This document shows positions 17,502 through 27,146 of a stretch of 40,583 nucleotides of DNA, one piece after another. Numbering within the stretch: position 1 is the stretch's first letter; each line of letters starts with the position of its first letter. This DNA is from Pseudomonadota bacterium (GTDB taxonomy: Bacteria > Pseudomonadota > Alphaproteobacteria > Rhizobiales > CALHAX01). The notes under the pieces were generated by a model. The model was not told the origin of the DNA, did no database searches, and was given only the letters and a program-made list of their open reading frames with translations. The DNA lies in NCBI GenBank assembly GCA_039816705.1, contig JBCBXF010000001.1:1-40583 (forward strand), written 5' to 3'. The position numbers and the translations under genes were made by a program.

Positions 17502-17578
17502 TGGTGGGCCCGGCAGGACTCGAACCTGCAACCAGACGGTTATGAGCCGTCGGCTCTAACCAATTGAGCTACGGGCCC
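17502..17578 (-). tRNA. tRNA with CAT anticodon (elongator Met, or Ile2 if lysidine-modified), CCA encoded
   Basis: The reverse complement folds as a cloverleaf: GGGCCCG TA GCTC AATTGGTTA GAGC C GACGG CTCATAA CCGTC TGGTT GCAGG TTCGAGT CCTGC CGGGCCC ACCA (77 nt). The paired G1-C72 end and the anticodon stem argue against an initiator. Confidence 0.93.
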
Positions 17579-17735
17579 GTGCCGCGTCAGAGCGAGGCGC
17601 GTTCTAGCAGACTTTAGCGTCTGCGCCACCTGTCGACGGGTCAGCTCGCGCGCCTCTCGTTTCGAACACACACGAGCCTGTGTCTCCTGCTATGACAGGA
17701 CGCATCCGCGATCGCGCAGCAATGGAGATGTCACG

Positions 17736-18473
17736 ATGCACGCACCCCGTTCCCACTTGGCGCACGCCCGCACCGCCGCCGCCGCCATCATCAGCGCCAT
17801 CGTGCTGCTGGCCAGCCCAAGCGTCGCCGCGGAGCACACCGATCGTGCAAAACCGCGGCATATCACCGTGACAGCGAGCGGCACGGTCCGCGCCGTACCA
17901 AACATCGCGTTCATTTCCACGGGTGTTGAGACGACCGGCAAGACCGCGCAGGACGCGCTGGATGAAAATTCCCGCGCCATGCGCCGGGTCATCGCCCGCC
18001 TGAAAGACAATGGCATCCGCTCCGGCAACATCACCACCAGCAGTCTGTCAGTCAATCCGCGCTATGAGCGCCGTCAGGCGAACCAGGCAACGGAGCCACG
18101 CATCGTCGGTTACTCCGTCGTCAACAACGTACGCATCCGCGTGACCGACATTTCCATCCTTGGCGACGTCATCGATCAGGTCACACGCACGGGCGCCAAC
18201 CGGATTGGTGGCATCTCCTTTCAGGTCCGTCGTGCCGAGCAACGTCGTGACGAGGCGCGCACTCGCGCGGTTGAGAATGCGCGTCGGCGTGCGGAGCTTT
18301 ATGCCCGGGCGGCAGGTGCGAGCCTCGGAGATGTGTTGATGATCCGCGAGGGGGCGGCGCGTTTCGGCCGTGGGCCTGCGCTGATGGAGTCCCGCGTCGC
18401 GCGCAGCGTCCCGATCGAGCGCGGCGAACAGGAGCTCAGCGTGACGATCACGGTGCGCTACGAGCTGCGTTGA
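17736..18473 (+). CDS. SIMPL/DUF541 periplasmic protein (BP26/Omp28-like)
   Basis: Signal peptide AAAIISAIVLLASPSVAAE, then ITVTASGTVRAVPNIAFISTGVETTGKTAQDALDENSRAMRRVIARLKDNGI...ISFQV...ARTRAVENARRRAELYARAAG. Confidence 0.85.
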   Translation: MHAPRSHLAHARTAAAAIISAIVLLASPSVAAEHTDRAKPRHITVTASGTVRAVPNIAFISTGVETTGKTAQDALDENSRAMRRVIARLKDNGIRSGNITTSSLSVNPRYERRQANQATEPRIVGYSVVNNVRIRVTDISILGDVIDQVTRTGANRIGGISFQVRRAEQRRDEARTRAVENARRRAELYARAAGASLGDVLMIREGAARFGRGPALMESRVARSVPIERGEQELSVTITVRYELR

Positions 18474-18495
18474 TCGCCGCACCTCGGTGCAGCGT

Positions 18496-18542
18496 CTCTC
18501 AAGGCTATGTCTGTGGGATCAGTGCCACACATGGCCTGAGAG
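18496..18542 (+). terminator. Long imperfect stem-loop (~17 bp stem) 23 nt after the SIMPL stop. Terminator-like, but without a U-tract.
   Basis: CTCTCAaGGCtATGTcTGTGG gatcagtg CCACACATgGCCTGAGAG, read directly. The absence of a T-run makes the intrinsic-terminator call tentative. Confidence 0.35.
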
Positions 18543-18619
18543 ATCGCAATGTTGAGCAATCGTGATCCCGCCGATCTGACACGAGCGACTACAGTCTCGT
18601 GTCTCCACGGTGGAAGAAA

Positions 18620-19888
18620 ATGTACGTCGCGTATCTCACCTCTCGCACCATCCGTGAAAGCACGCGTTCAGCCGCCAGGGCGATCGCGACAGCAATGGTT
18701 CTCTCTTGCGCGCTCACCGCCTGCACCACCATTGCGCACGTCGGGGTTCCGAAGGAACTTGCGCTCCAGGCCGAGGTGCCGGGATTTCAAGGCGTGCGGT
18801 ATGACGGCGATGGTGGGGCGCCGGATTTTGACCGCCTCGTCCGGCCACATTTGACTCAGATGCGAGCACGCATGGAACGGCGCGCAGGCGCCGGCCAACC
18901 AGAAGTCACGTTCCTTGCGCTGTCTGGTGGCGCACAGGACGGCGCATTTGGTGCCGGCATTCTGACGGGTTGGCGCGAGCGTGGAACGCTCCCGACGTTT
19001 GATCTTGTCACCGGGGTCAGCGCTGGCGCCCTCATCGCACCGATCGTGTTTGCAGGCCCGGCGTTCGCACGTCGGCTGGAACAGGCCTTTACCTCTCCGC
19101 TGCCGGGGAGCGAAACCGGTACGGGGTCGTTCACATCGTTCCTGGCTGGCGGCGCGCTGCCAAACACCCCGACTGTGAAGCGCCTGATCGCGCGCTACGC
19201 CGACGAGGACCTGCTCGATGCTATTGCGCGCGAAAGAGCGACCGGCCGCATTCTGCTGATCGGCACCACCAATATCGAGACCCAGCGTCCGGTGTTCTGG
19301 GATATGGGCCGCATCGCCGCGAGTAATCATCCAAAGCGCGTCGCCCTGTTTCGGGATGTGCTGCTGGCCTCCGCGTCGGTGCCCGGCATCCTGGATCCGG
19401 TGTCGATCGAGGTCGAGGCGGGAGGCGAGACCTACGATGAAATTCACGTCGATGGTGGGGCGACGCGCGGTGTTTTCCTCGCACCGCTGGGCTTCACCCG
19501 CCAGACTGCCGACGCCGTGTTTAACCGACAGGTGGTGCGCCGTGCTTTTATTATCCGCAACGGCAAGGTCACCCCGGAGCACAGCCCGGTCACCCCGACG
19601 ACGCTGTCCCTGATCGGACGCTCAATCTCGACACTGATCAAGTATCGCGGCAACGGCGATCTCTACCGTCTCTACGCCCGCGCACTGCGCGACGACATCG
19701 ACTACAACCTCGCCTTCATCCCGCCGAGCTACCGCGCCAACAATGCCAGCGCGTTTGATACCGCCTATCTCACAGAGCTGTTCGAGTTCGGACGCAAATG
19801 GGGCCGCCTCGGATATCCCTGGCGCAAACAACCCCCCGGCTTCGACCGCAACCTCCGCGACGCCCTCACCAACGAAGTGGTGAACTGA
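18620..19888 (+). CDS. Patatin-like phospholipase, probable lipoprotein
   Basis: Lipobox-like LSCALTAC. Oxyanion motif LALSGGAQDGAFGAG, nucleophile elbow GVSAG, and catalytic Asp in HVDGG. ATG 18620 (the track ORF starts at GTG 18599). Confidence 0.85.
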   Translation: MYVAYLTSRTIRESTRSAARAIATAMVLSCALTACTTIAHVGVPKELALQAEVPGFQGVRYDGDGGAPDFDRLVRPHLTQMRARMERRAGAGQPEVTFLALSGGAQDGAFGAGILTGWRERGTLPTFDLVTGVSAGALIAPIVFAGPAFARRLEQAFTSPLPGSETGTGSFTSFLAGGALPNTPTVKRLIARYADEDLLDAIARERATGRILLIGTTNIETQRPVFWDMGRIAASNHPKRVALFRDVLLASASVPGILDPVSIEVEAGGETYDEIHVDGGATRGVFLAPLGFTRQTADAVFNRQVVRRAFIIRNGKVTPEHSPVTPTTLSLIGRSISTLIKYRGNGDLYRLYARALRDDIDYNLAFIPPSYRANNASAFDTAYLTELFEFGRKWGRLGYPWRKQPPGFDRNLRDALTNEVVN

Positions 19889-19921
19889 TCGCGGTCGAGA
19901 GGCGCGCAACACAAGGTAACG

Positions 19922-21775
19922 TCACTCCGCCGCCACTGCCTCATCGAGCAGGAAGCCACCGGACTGCCGCGCCCAGAGACCAGCGTAGATCCCGTCGCGC
20001 GCCACCAGCTGCTCATGCGTGCCCTGCTCGACGATCGCGCCGCCATCCATCACGATCAACCGGTCCATAGCGGCGATGGTGCTGAGACGATGCGCAATCG
20101 CGATCACGGTTTTTCCGTCCATCAGATTGGTGAACTGGCTCTGGATTGCCGCTTCAACCTCACTGTCGAGCGCAGAGGTCGCCTCATCAAGGATGAGGAT
20201 CGGCGCGTTCTTCAGCAGCACCCGAGCAATCGCGATCCGCTGACGTTGCCCGCCTGAGAGCTTCACCCCGCGCTCGCCGACCTGCGCGTCATAGCCTTCC
20301 CGGCCTTTGGTGTCAGAGAGCTTCAAGATAAAATCATGCGCCTGCGCCCGCTGGGCCGCCGAGATGATCTCCTCATGTGTCGCATCAGGTTGGCCGTAGG
20401 CAATGTTGTCACGAACGGAGCGATGCAGAAGTGAGGTGTCTTGCGTCACAACGCCTATGCTGCTGCGTAGGCTGTCCTGCGTGACGCCCGCAATGTCGTG
20501 ATCGGCAATGGTGATGCGGCCCGCCTCGACGTCGTAGAGCCGCAGAAGCAGGTTGGTGAGCGTGGTTTTGCCCGCCCCCGAACGCCCGATCAGTCCGACT
20601 TTCTCTCCAGTCTCGATCCTGAGCGAGAGATCATGCACCGCCGAAACTCTGCCGCCATAGGCGAACGACACCTGATCAAATACGATCGGGCCGCCCGCAT
20701 TTTTTATCTCCGCCGCGTTAGTCTTGTCGACGACACCGATCGGCGGCGCGATTGTCTCGATGCTGTCCTGCAGCGTGCCGATCTGGCGAAAGAGCCCGTT
20801 GATCTGGAAACTGATCCACCCCGACATGTGGTTGAGCCGGAGAACGAGGCCGAGACTGGCAGCGAGGGCTCCCAGCGAAATCGCGCCGGACTGCCAAAGC
20901 GAGATACCGAGCCAGCCCGCGCTCACCATCAGCAGCCCGTTGAGCGAGACCAGTGCCAGCCGCAGCCCCGAGACATAGCGACCGAGCGCAATGACAGAGC
21001 CAATGGTCCGCTCCATCGCCTCGCGTACGAACCGGTCTTCCCGCTCTGTCCCGGCATAGAGTTTGACGGTCTGGATGTTGGTGTAGCTGTCCACCAACCG
21101 CCCGTTGAGCGACGCACGGTCCCGCGACATCCGTTGCGCGCGTGCGCGGATCTCGCCAAGCGTCATCGAGAGCAGAAAGAAATATCCGGCAAACCAGGCC
21201 GCCAGCAACACCGCCAACCGCCAATCGAGCGCCACAAACAGGCCAATCGCCACGACGCCGAATATCAGGAATTGCAGAATGCCCTGGATCAGATCGAGCA
21301 GAAAATCACCGACGGCCTGCCCGGACTGCATGACCTTCGTCGCGATGCGCCCCGCAAAATCATCCTGGAAGAAGGCGTAGCTCTGACGCACCACGCGTCG
21401 ATGCGCTTGCCATCGCGTCATGTAGAACATGCCGGGCACGACGGTCAGCTCACTGATGATCGAGATCAGACCGATCGAGACTGTACGCAACACCAGCACC
21501 ACGAATGCCATGGCCGCAAACAACCACCCATGCGTTTGCCATATCGTTTCCGGGTCGGTCTCACGCAACGCATCGATGATGATCCCAACCGAGGTGTAAA
21601 GCCAGGCCTCGATGAATCCCGTGACCGCGCTCGCCGCCAGCACTGCGACGAACGGCAATCGTGCCTGAGAGAGAAAATACAGCAGAAACCGGACGACGGT
21701 ATCCGGCAGATCGCCGGTAGGCGGTGCCTTGAACGGATCAAGCCATCTCTCAAACGGGCCGAACAGCCATTGCAT
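19922..21775 (-). CDS. Fused TMD-NBD ABC exporter subunit (MsbA/type IV exporter fold), distal paralogue
   Basis: 617 aa. Walker A GRSGAGKTT, Q-loop VTQDTSLL, signature LSGGQRQRIAIARVLL, Walker B ILILDEATSALD, H-loop IAHRLST. The N-terminal half has about 6 TM helices. Confidence 0.9.
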   Translation of the reverse strand: MQWLFGPFERWLDPFKAPPTGDLPDTVVRFLLYFLSQARLPFVAVLAASAVTGFIEAWLYTSVGIIIDALRETDPETIWQTHGWLFAAMAFVVLVLRTVSIGLISIISELTVVPGMFYMTRWQAHRRVVRQSYAFFQDDFAGRIATKVMQSGQAVGDFLLDLIQGILQFLIFGVVAIGLFVALDWRLAVLLAAWFAGYFFLLSMTLGEIRARAQRMSRDRASLNGRLVDSYTNIQTVKLYAGTEREDRFVREAMERTIGSVIALGRYVSGLRLALVSLNGLLMVSAGWLGISLWQSGAISLGALAASLGLVLRLNHMSGWISFQINGLFRQIGTLQDSIETIAPPIGVVDKTNAAEIKNAGGPIVFDQVSFAYGGRVSAVHDLSLRIETGEKVGLIGRSGAGKTTLTNLLLRLYDVEAGRITIADHDIAGVTQDSLRSSIGVVTQDTSLLHRSVRDNIAYGQPDATHEEIISAAQRAQAHDFILKLSDTKGREGYDAQVGERGVKLSGGQRQRIAIARVLLKNAPILILDEATSALDSEVEAAIQSQFTNLMDGKTVIAIAHRLSTIAAMDRLIVMDGGAIVEQGTHEQLVARDGIYAGLWARQSGGFLLDEAVAAE

Positions 21776-21855
21776 CCATCAAGCTTTCTCAAAGCGCGAC
21801 AAGCAGGCGGTCGCGCGGGCTCACGTGCGTGCCGTCGAGCGCGCAACGCACAATG

Positions 21856-23721
21856 TCACTCCGCCGCAACCGTCTCATCAATCAGAAACCCACCCGATTG
21901 TCGTGCCCACAGACCCGCGTAAATCCCGCCACGGGCGACAAGTTCGTCATGCGTGCCCTGCTCGACGATCGCGCCTTGATCCATCACGATCAACCGATCC
22001 ATCGCCGCGATCGTGCTCAGCCGATGGGCGATGGCAATCACGGTCTTGCCCCGCATAAGATTGTCGAATTGACCCTGGATCGCAGCCTCAACCTCGCTGT
22101 CGAGCGCTGACGTGGCCTCATCCAGAATGAGGATCGGTGCATCTTTCAGCAGCACGCGCGCAATCGCGATCCGCTGACGTTGGCCACCTGACAGCTTCAC
22201 CCCACGCTCACCGACCTGCGCATCAAACCCGGTGTTGCCCGTCGCATCTTCCAGCTCGGCGATAAAGTTGGCCGCTTCTGCCAGTGCGGCGGCATTGAGG
22301 ACGTCAGCGTCAGATGCGCCCGGACGCCCGTAACGAATATTCTCCCGGATTGAGCGATGCAGCAGCGAAGTATCCTGCGTCACCATCCCGATCGCCGCGC
22401 GCAGGCTCGACTGTGTGACTTGTGAGACATCTTGCCCGTCAATCGCAATCTTCCCGGCCTCGAGATCATAGAAGCGCAAGAGCAGATTGACGAGCGTGGA
22501 TTTGCCCGCGCCCGACCGGCCGACAAGGCCGACTTTCTCTCCTGGTTTGATCTCCAGCGAGAGACCTTCGATCACGCCGCCGCCGACCAGATCCTTCCCG
22601 TAATTGAAGGTCACGTTCGAGAACGTGATCCCGCCGTCGCTGACCGACAACGCGCGGGCATTCTTCGCGTCCGTCACGTCACGGTGACGCGCGATCGTAT
22701 CCATCCCGTCTTCGACAATACCGATGTTCTCGAACAGCCGCGCGACTTCCCACAGGATCCATTGCGACATCCCCTGAAGGCGCAGCACCAGCGCAGTCGC
22801 AAACGCAATTGCGCCCGTCGTGATCGCCGCGTGCGACCAGAGCCAGATCGCCACGCCGGCAACGGAGAAAATCAGCCATGCGTTCAGCAGGTGCAGCATC
22901 GTATTCAGCTTGGTGACGAGGCGCATTTGCGTGTGCACAGTGCCAAGAAACGCATGCATCCCGTCGCGGGCGTAGGCGTCTTCGTCCGCTGTGTGCGCAA
23001 ACATCTTGACTGTGTTGATGTTGGTGTAGCTGTCGACGATCCGCCCGGTCACGATTGAGCGGGAGTCAGATTGCTCCTTTGACGCGACCTGCAAACGCGG
23101 CACGAAGTAAAGGAGAACGCCGATGTACCCAGCCAGCCAGAGCAACAAAGGCACCGTCAGCCGCAGGTCACTTGCGCCAAAAAGAGCCAGAGCACCGAGG
23201 AAGTACACGCAGACATAAATCATGACCTCCGTGATCGTCATGACGGTATCGCGCGCCGCCAAAGACGTCTGCATCACCTTGGTTGCGATCCTTCCGGCGA
23301 AATCGTCCTGAAAGAATGTCATCGACTGGCGCAGCAGATAGCGATGCGCATCCCATCGAATGCGCATGGCAAAGTTGCCGAGCAATCCCTGGTGCACCGC
23401 CGCCTCATACGTCGCGTTCAAAATTGGCATGACGAGGAGAACGAGCACACCTAGCAGCGCCAGCGCCCAGCCATGATCGGCAAAGAACGTGGCCCGCTCT
23501 GCCTCAGCCAGCCAATCGACGAGATTGCCGACAAGCGCGAACAACCAAACCTGCACGAGCGCAACGATGGTCCCGATCGTGGCGACGGTTGCGAGAAGCG
23601 GCCAAAACGGACGCGCATAGTGGATGATAAATGCGAGCAACGTGCGCGGCGGGCGCTCTGGCGCGCGCTCGGGGAATGGCGCGTTCAGGGTCTCGAACCA
23701 GTGAAAGACCGACGTCAGCAT
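21856..23721 (-). CDS. Fused TMD-NBD ABC exporter subunit, proximal paralogue (probable heterodimer partner)
   Basis: Walker A GRSGAGKST, LSGGQRQRIAIARVLL, ILILDEATSALD, IAHRLST. I chose ATG 23721 (MLTSVFHWFETLNAPF..., 621 aa, matching the paralogue's length). The track ORF extends to 23853. Confidence 0.9.
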   Translation of the reverse strand: MLTSVFHWFETLNAPFPERAPERPPRTLLAFIIHYARPFWPLLATVATIGTIVALVQVWLFALVGNLVDWLAEAERATFFADHGWALALLGVLVLLVMPILNATYEAAVHQGLLGNFAMRIRWDAHRYLLRQSMTFFQDDFAGRIATKVMQTSLAARDTVMTITEVMIYVCVYFLGALALFGASDLRLTVPLLLWLAGYIGVLLYFVPRLQVASKEQSDSRSIVTGRIVDSYTNINTVKMFAHTADEDAYARDGMHAFLGTVHTQMRLVTKLNTMLHLLNAWLIFSVAGVAIWLWSHAAITTGAIAFATALVLRLQGMSQWILWEVARLFENIGIVEDGMDTIARHRDVTDAKNARALSVSDGGITFSNVTFNYGKDLVGGGVIEGLSLEIKPGEKVGLVGRSGAGKSTLVNLLLRFYDLEAGKIAIDGQDVSQVTQSSLRAAIGMVTQDTSLLHRSIRENIRYGRPGASDADVLNAAALAEAANFIAELEDATGNTGFDAQVGERGVKLSGGQRQRIAIARVLLKDAPILILDEATSALDSEVEAAIQGQFDNLMRGKTVIAIAHRLSTIAAMDRLIVMDQGAIVEQGTHDELVARGGIYAGLWARQSGGFLIDETVAAE

Positions 23722-23978
23722 GACATCATCCTCGTTCGTCGGGGCCGGTGTGCGCCTGAGCCTGCGCCGTGTGACGGCAGGCGACAGAGGCTCACGTCTC
23801 GCTCTCGCAAGCCCGGTCTGATATGGAGCGCCGAAAGCGGGCGCGGGCAGCACGACCGGTTCGGCGTATCGACACTTTGGGATGCTGGACCTTATCCACG
23901 TGTCCTCGCATCGGCAAGCCGCAGTCGTGCATGGCAGATCATCCAGGTGCGGGCGCGGCTAAGCAGTGAGAGACTTTG

Positions 23979-24899
23979 ATGACGCAGGCGACGACCAAGA
24001 CGACCCCCCCGAGTGATGACACCGATATCGAGACTGGCAAGCAGATGGCACGCCTCTGGTTCGAGACGTTGCGCGACGACATCTGCGCCGCGTTCGAGGC
24101 GCTGGAGGAAGATGTGACCGGCCCGCTGGCAGACCGTGCGCCCGGCCGCTTCGTGCGCACACCCTGGGATCGGACAGATGAGAAAAGCGGCGCCAAGGGC
24201 GGTGGCGGCGTCATGTCGATGATGCACGGGCGGGTGTTCGAGAAGGTGGGCGTCCACACTTCCACCGTGCATGGCGAGTTTGCCGAAGCGTTCCGCGACC
24301 AGATTGACGGCGCATCAGAAGACCCGCGCTTCTGGGCATCCGGGATTTCCCTTATCGCTCACCCCCAGAACCCGCACGTGCCGGCCGTTCATATGAACAC
24401 ACGCCACGTCGTGACGACGAAGTCCTGGTTCGGAGGCGGTGCGGATCTCACCCCGGTCCTGGATCGACGCCGCACCCAGGACGATCCAGACACCGTTGCC
24501 TTTCACGATGCGATGAAAGCGGCCTGCGATGCGCACGATATTGCCGACTACAACGCGTATAAGGATTGGTGTGACCGCTACTTTTATCTCCCGCATCGCA
24601 ATGAAATGCGCGGCATTGGAGGGATCTTCTACGATCACCTGAATACCGGCACATATGCCGACGATTTCGCCTTCACGCAGGATGTCGGTCGTGCGTTTCT
24701 GAAGATTTACCCGCAGCTGGTCCGGGCGAACTTTGAAACGCCGTGGACGGATGCTGAACGCGATGAACAGCTCATTCGCCGCGGTCGCTATGTCGAGTTC
24801 AATCTGCTCTATGATCGCGGCACGACATTCGGCCTTAAGACCGGCGGCAATGTCGACAGCATCCTTTCCTCCATGCCACCCGAGGTAAAATGGCCATGA
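23979..24899 (+). CDS. hemF: Oxygen-dependent coproporphyrinogen III oxidase
   Basis: [81 protein letters not shown]. Confidence 0.93.
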   Translation: MTQATTKTTPPSDDTDIETGKQMARLWFETLRDDICAAFEALEEDVTGPLADRAPGRFVRTPWDRTDEKSGAKGGGGVMSMMHGRVFEKVGVHTSTVHGEFAEAFRDQIDGASEDPRFWASGISLIAHPQNPHVPAVHMNTRHVVTTKSWFGGGADLTPVLDRRRTQDDPDTVAFHDAMKAACDAHDIADYNAYKDWCDRYFYLPHRNEMRGIGGIFYDHLNTGTYADDFAFTQDVGRAFLKIYPQLVRANFETPWTDAERDEQLIRRGRYVEFNLLYDRGTTFGLKTGGNVDSILSSMPPEVKWP

Positions 24900-25789
24900 G
24901 TGACGCCTTGTCGAGCGCGACGGCTGAGACATCCGTCGACCGCGCGGAGCCCATGCCCATTGCAACGACAGTCGATGCGCAGCTTGAAGCCAACCTCGCG
25001 AGCTGGAACGAGCGCGTGGCGATCCATCTGCGCGATACAACTGACATCTACGACGTGGAAGGTTTTGCGGCCGGCGGTGATGCGCTGTTGCCGATTGAGG
25101 CCAACGAGATCGGCGATGTAACCGGTCTCAACATCGCGCATCTACAGTGCCACTTCGGCATGGACACGATCTCGCTGGCCCGCCGCGGCGCAAGAGTAAC
25201 GGGCGTTGATTTTTCTCCCGCTGCGATTGCCCAGGCGCGAGGTTTTGCGGCCCGTGAAGCCGGTGACATCACGTTTGTCTGTTCGCCACTCCATAACGCG
25301 CTGTCCCAGATGACACCGGCGAGCTTCGATATGGTCTACGTCACCTGGGGCACCATCGGCTGGATGCCCGATGTCTTTCGCTGGGCCGCAACCGTCGGCA
25401 AGCTCCTCAAACCGGGCGGACGGCTTTACTTCGCTGATATTCACCCAACAATGACACAGCTTGAGACAGAACACGGCAAACTGACATTCGCTTATCCGCG
25501 ACGCAGCCAGGGCCCGGATGGCGCGCTCGCGTTTGACGAGCGACGATCCTATGCGGGCGATGGGACGGAATTGGTCAACCAGCGTCAATACGAATGGATA
25601 CACCCGCTGTCAGACATCATCGGCGGGCTGATCGGCGCAGGCCTGACGCTCGAGTTTTTGCATGAACACGACACGCTACCGTGGCAGGCTGTGCCGGAGA
25701 TGGTGGCCAATGGCGATCGCATGTTCCGCCTGCCGGATGACATCATTGGGCCGCCTGTTTCTATATCGCTCAAAGCGCGCAAACTGTGA
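24890..25789 (+). CDS. Class I SAM-dependent methyltransferase
   Basis: Motif I region [30 protein letters not shown], then [15 protein letters not shown]. The start overlaps the hemF stop (ATG 24890, or the ATGA at 24896). Confidence 0.8.
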   Translation: MAMSDALSSATAETSVDRAEPMPIATTVDAQLEANLASWNERVAIHLRDTTDIYDVEGFAAGGDALLPIEANEIGDVTGLNIAHLQCHFGMDTISLARRGARVTGVDFSPAAIAQARGFAAREAGDITFVCSPLHNALSQMTPASFDMVYVTWGTIGWMPDVFRWAATVGKLLKPGGRLYFADIHPTMTQLETEHGKLTFAYPRRSQGPDGALAFDERRSYAGDGTELVNQRQYEWIHPLSDIIGGLIGAGLTLEFLHEHDTLPWQAVPEMVANGDRMFRLPDDIIGPPVSISLKARKL

Positions 25790-25852
25790 TGATGGCCTGC
25801 ACAACCCGTGCGACACTCTTGCAAGCCTGTCTGCCATACCCACATCAGGACG

Positions 25853-25914
25853 GCGGGGCGCGCGTTGGCGGATGCGTCTCCCCCTGCGCTCACGTCGAAG
25901 ACGCAGCGCCCCGC
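25853..25914 (+). repeat. GC-rich nested hairpin (outer stem GCGGGGCGC/GCGCCCCGC, inner stem GCGTCT/AGACGC) between the methyltransferase and the TetR gene
   Basis: Read directly. It lies 64 nt after the methyltransferase stop and 32 nt before the TetR ATG. There is no U-tract. Confidence 0.35.
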
Positions 25915-25945
25915 ATGACCTGACACGAAGCCTCGGAGAATTGCG

Positions 25946-26656
25946 ATGTTTGACGCCACGGATCCCCACGACCGCATCATCGAAGCGACGCTTCAGCTTG
26001 CGGGCGAGCACGATTGGTCAGACGTCACACTTTCCCGGATCGCAACAGCCGCCGACGTCACCCTCGCCGACGCCCGCGCCAGCTTTGCCACCCGCACCGA
26101 TATCCTCAAGGCGTTTGCGGCTCGCATTGACAGCGTTGTTCTCACGCGCATGGCCGAAGACGGGGATGCGACAGACAACGCGCGTGACCGACTGTTCGAT
26201 GTGCTGATGACGCGCTTTGAGGTGATGATGCCTTATAAGCCTGCGCTTCGTAGGTTGGCGAAAGCGGCGCGGCGGGGATCTGGTGTCGGTCTCGAACTTA
26301 CGTCCACGGTCTTCACCGGACAGCGTTGGATGCTGGAGGCCGCAGGCATCGAAACGCAAGGTCTCGACGGTCGCGCACACCTCCTCGGATCGACCGCGAT
26401 TTACATGCGGGTGTTTGACGTCTGGCTTTCGGATGACGATGCCGGGATGGCGAAAACGATGGCCGCGCTTGATAGCCGTTTGCGCCGTGGTGAAAAGGCG
26501 ATGGAGCGGATCGATGATGCCGTTTCTTTGATGCGCGGTTTCGCGCGGATGGCATTTTCCGGTCGGCGTCGTGATCGGGATGACGCTGCCGCGGATGCGG
26601 ATGATGCGCGCTCGTCAACGTCAACGTCCGACGGGGCAGCGCCGCAGCCCGGCTAA
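25946..26656 (+). CDS. TetR/AcrR-family transcriptional regulator
   Basis: N-terminal HTH: RIIEATLQLAGEHDWSDVTLSRIATAADVTLADARASFATRTDILKAF. GGAG lies 7 nt before the ATG. Confidence 0.8.
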   Translation: MFDATDPHDRIIEATLQLAGEHDWSDVTLSRIATAADVTLADARASFATRTDILKAFAARIDSVVLTRMAEDGDATDNARDRLFDVLMTRFEVMMPYKPALRRLAKAARRGSGVGLELTSTVFTGQRWMLEAAGIETQGLDGRAHLLGSTAIYMRVFDVWLSDDDAGMAKTMAALDSRLRRGEKAMERIDDAVSLMRGFARMAFSGRRRDRDDAAADADDARSSTSTSDGAAPQPG

Positions 26657-26735
26657 TGTGTCGACGTCTGCTTGACCGTCATACGCTTGTCGCTTTAGGG
26701 CGTCGCGTCATACCCGCGCCAGAGAGACCAGCCCG

Positions 26736-27089
26736 ATGAGCAATGCGCCCAGTGATCCGATCAGCTTCGACGACTTCATGAAAGTTGATATACGGGTTGG
26801 CACGGTCTTACGCGCCGAGCCGTATCCCGAAGCGCGCAAACCTGCGATCAAGCTCTGGATCGACTTCGGCCCTGAAATTGGAGAGAAAAAAACCTCCGCA
26901 CAGATCACCGCGCACTATACGCCTGAGGCACTGGTCGGCCGGCAGGTTGTTGCCGTGGTCAATTTTCCTCCGCGCCAGATCGGCAAGTTCATGAGCGAAG
27001 TTTTGACGCTGGGGTTTAATGATGGTGACGATGGCATCGTTCTTATCCAGCCGGGCAAGGATGTGCCGAACGGCGCGCGCATGCACTAG
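26736..27089 (+). CDS. csaA: tRNA-binding (EMAP/OB-fold) protein, CsaA-like
   Basis: ISFDDFMKVDIRVGTVLRAEPYPEARKPAIKLWIDFGPEIGEKKTSAQITAHYTPEALVGRQVVAVVNFPPRQIGKFMSEVLTLGF. Confidence 0.85.
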   Translation: MSNAPSDPISFDDFMKVDIRVGTVLRAEPYPEARKPAIKLWIDFGPEIGEKKTSAQITAHYTPEALVGRQVVAVVNFPPRQIGKFMSEVLTLGFNDGDDGIVLIQPGKDVPNGARMH

Positions 27090-27146
27090 AGCCGCGTCTA
27101 CTTGAGCCGGACAGGCGCGAGAGCCGTTTCCGCCGAGGCCAACCCG

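Noticed and set aside
12070-17578. Possibility of a tRNA-linked genomic island (glycosyltransferases to the SH3 gene) integrated at the 3' end of tRNA(CAT)
   Set aside because: There is no integrase, transposase or phage gene. I could find no direct repeat of the tRNA 3' end in the flanking region. Codon style of the genes looks native. At most this is a variable locus, not a demonstrable mobile element.
20498-21922. 474-aa + strand ORF
   Set aside because: It runs antisense across the distal ABC gene, the intergenic gap and the 3' end of the proximal ABC gene. It is extremely Arg/Pro/Asp-rich. The shorter antisense ORFs within the proximal ABC gene (22432..23058, 23473..23979) were rejected for the same reason.
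23722-23978. FNR/FixK-type (TTGAT-N4-ATCAA) or Irr/Fur-type box in the divergent ABC/hemF control region
   Set aside because: I scanned by eye. Only short generic palindromes (ACCGGT, CACGTG) are present, and nothing matches those consensus sequences.
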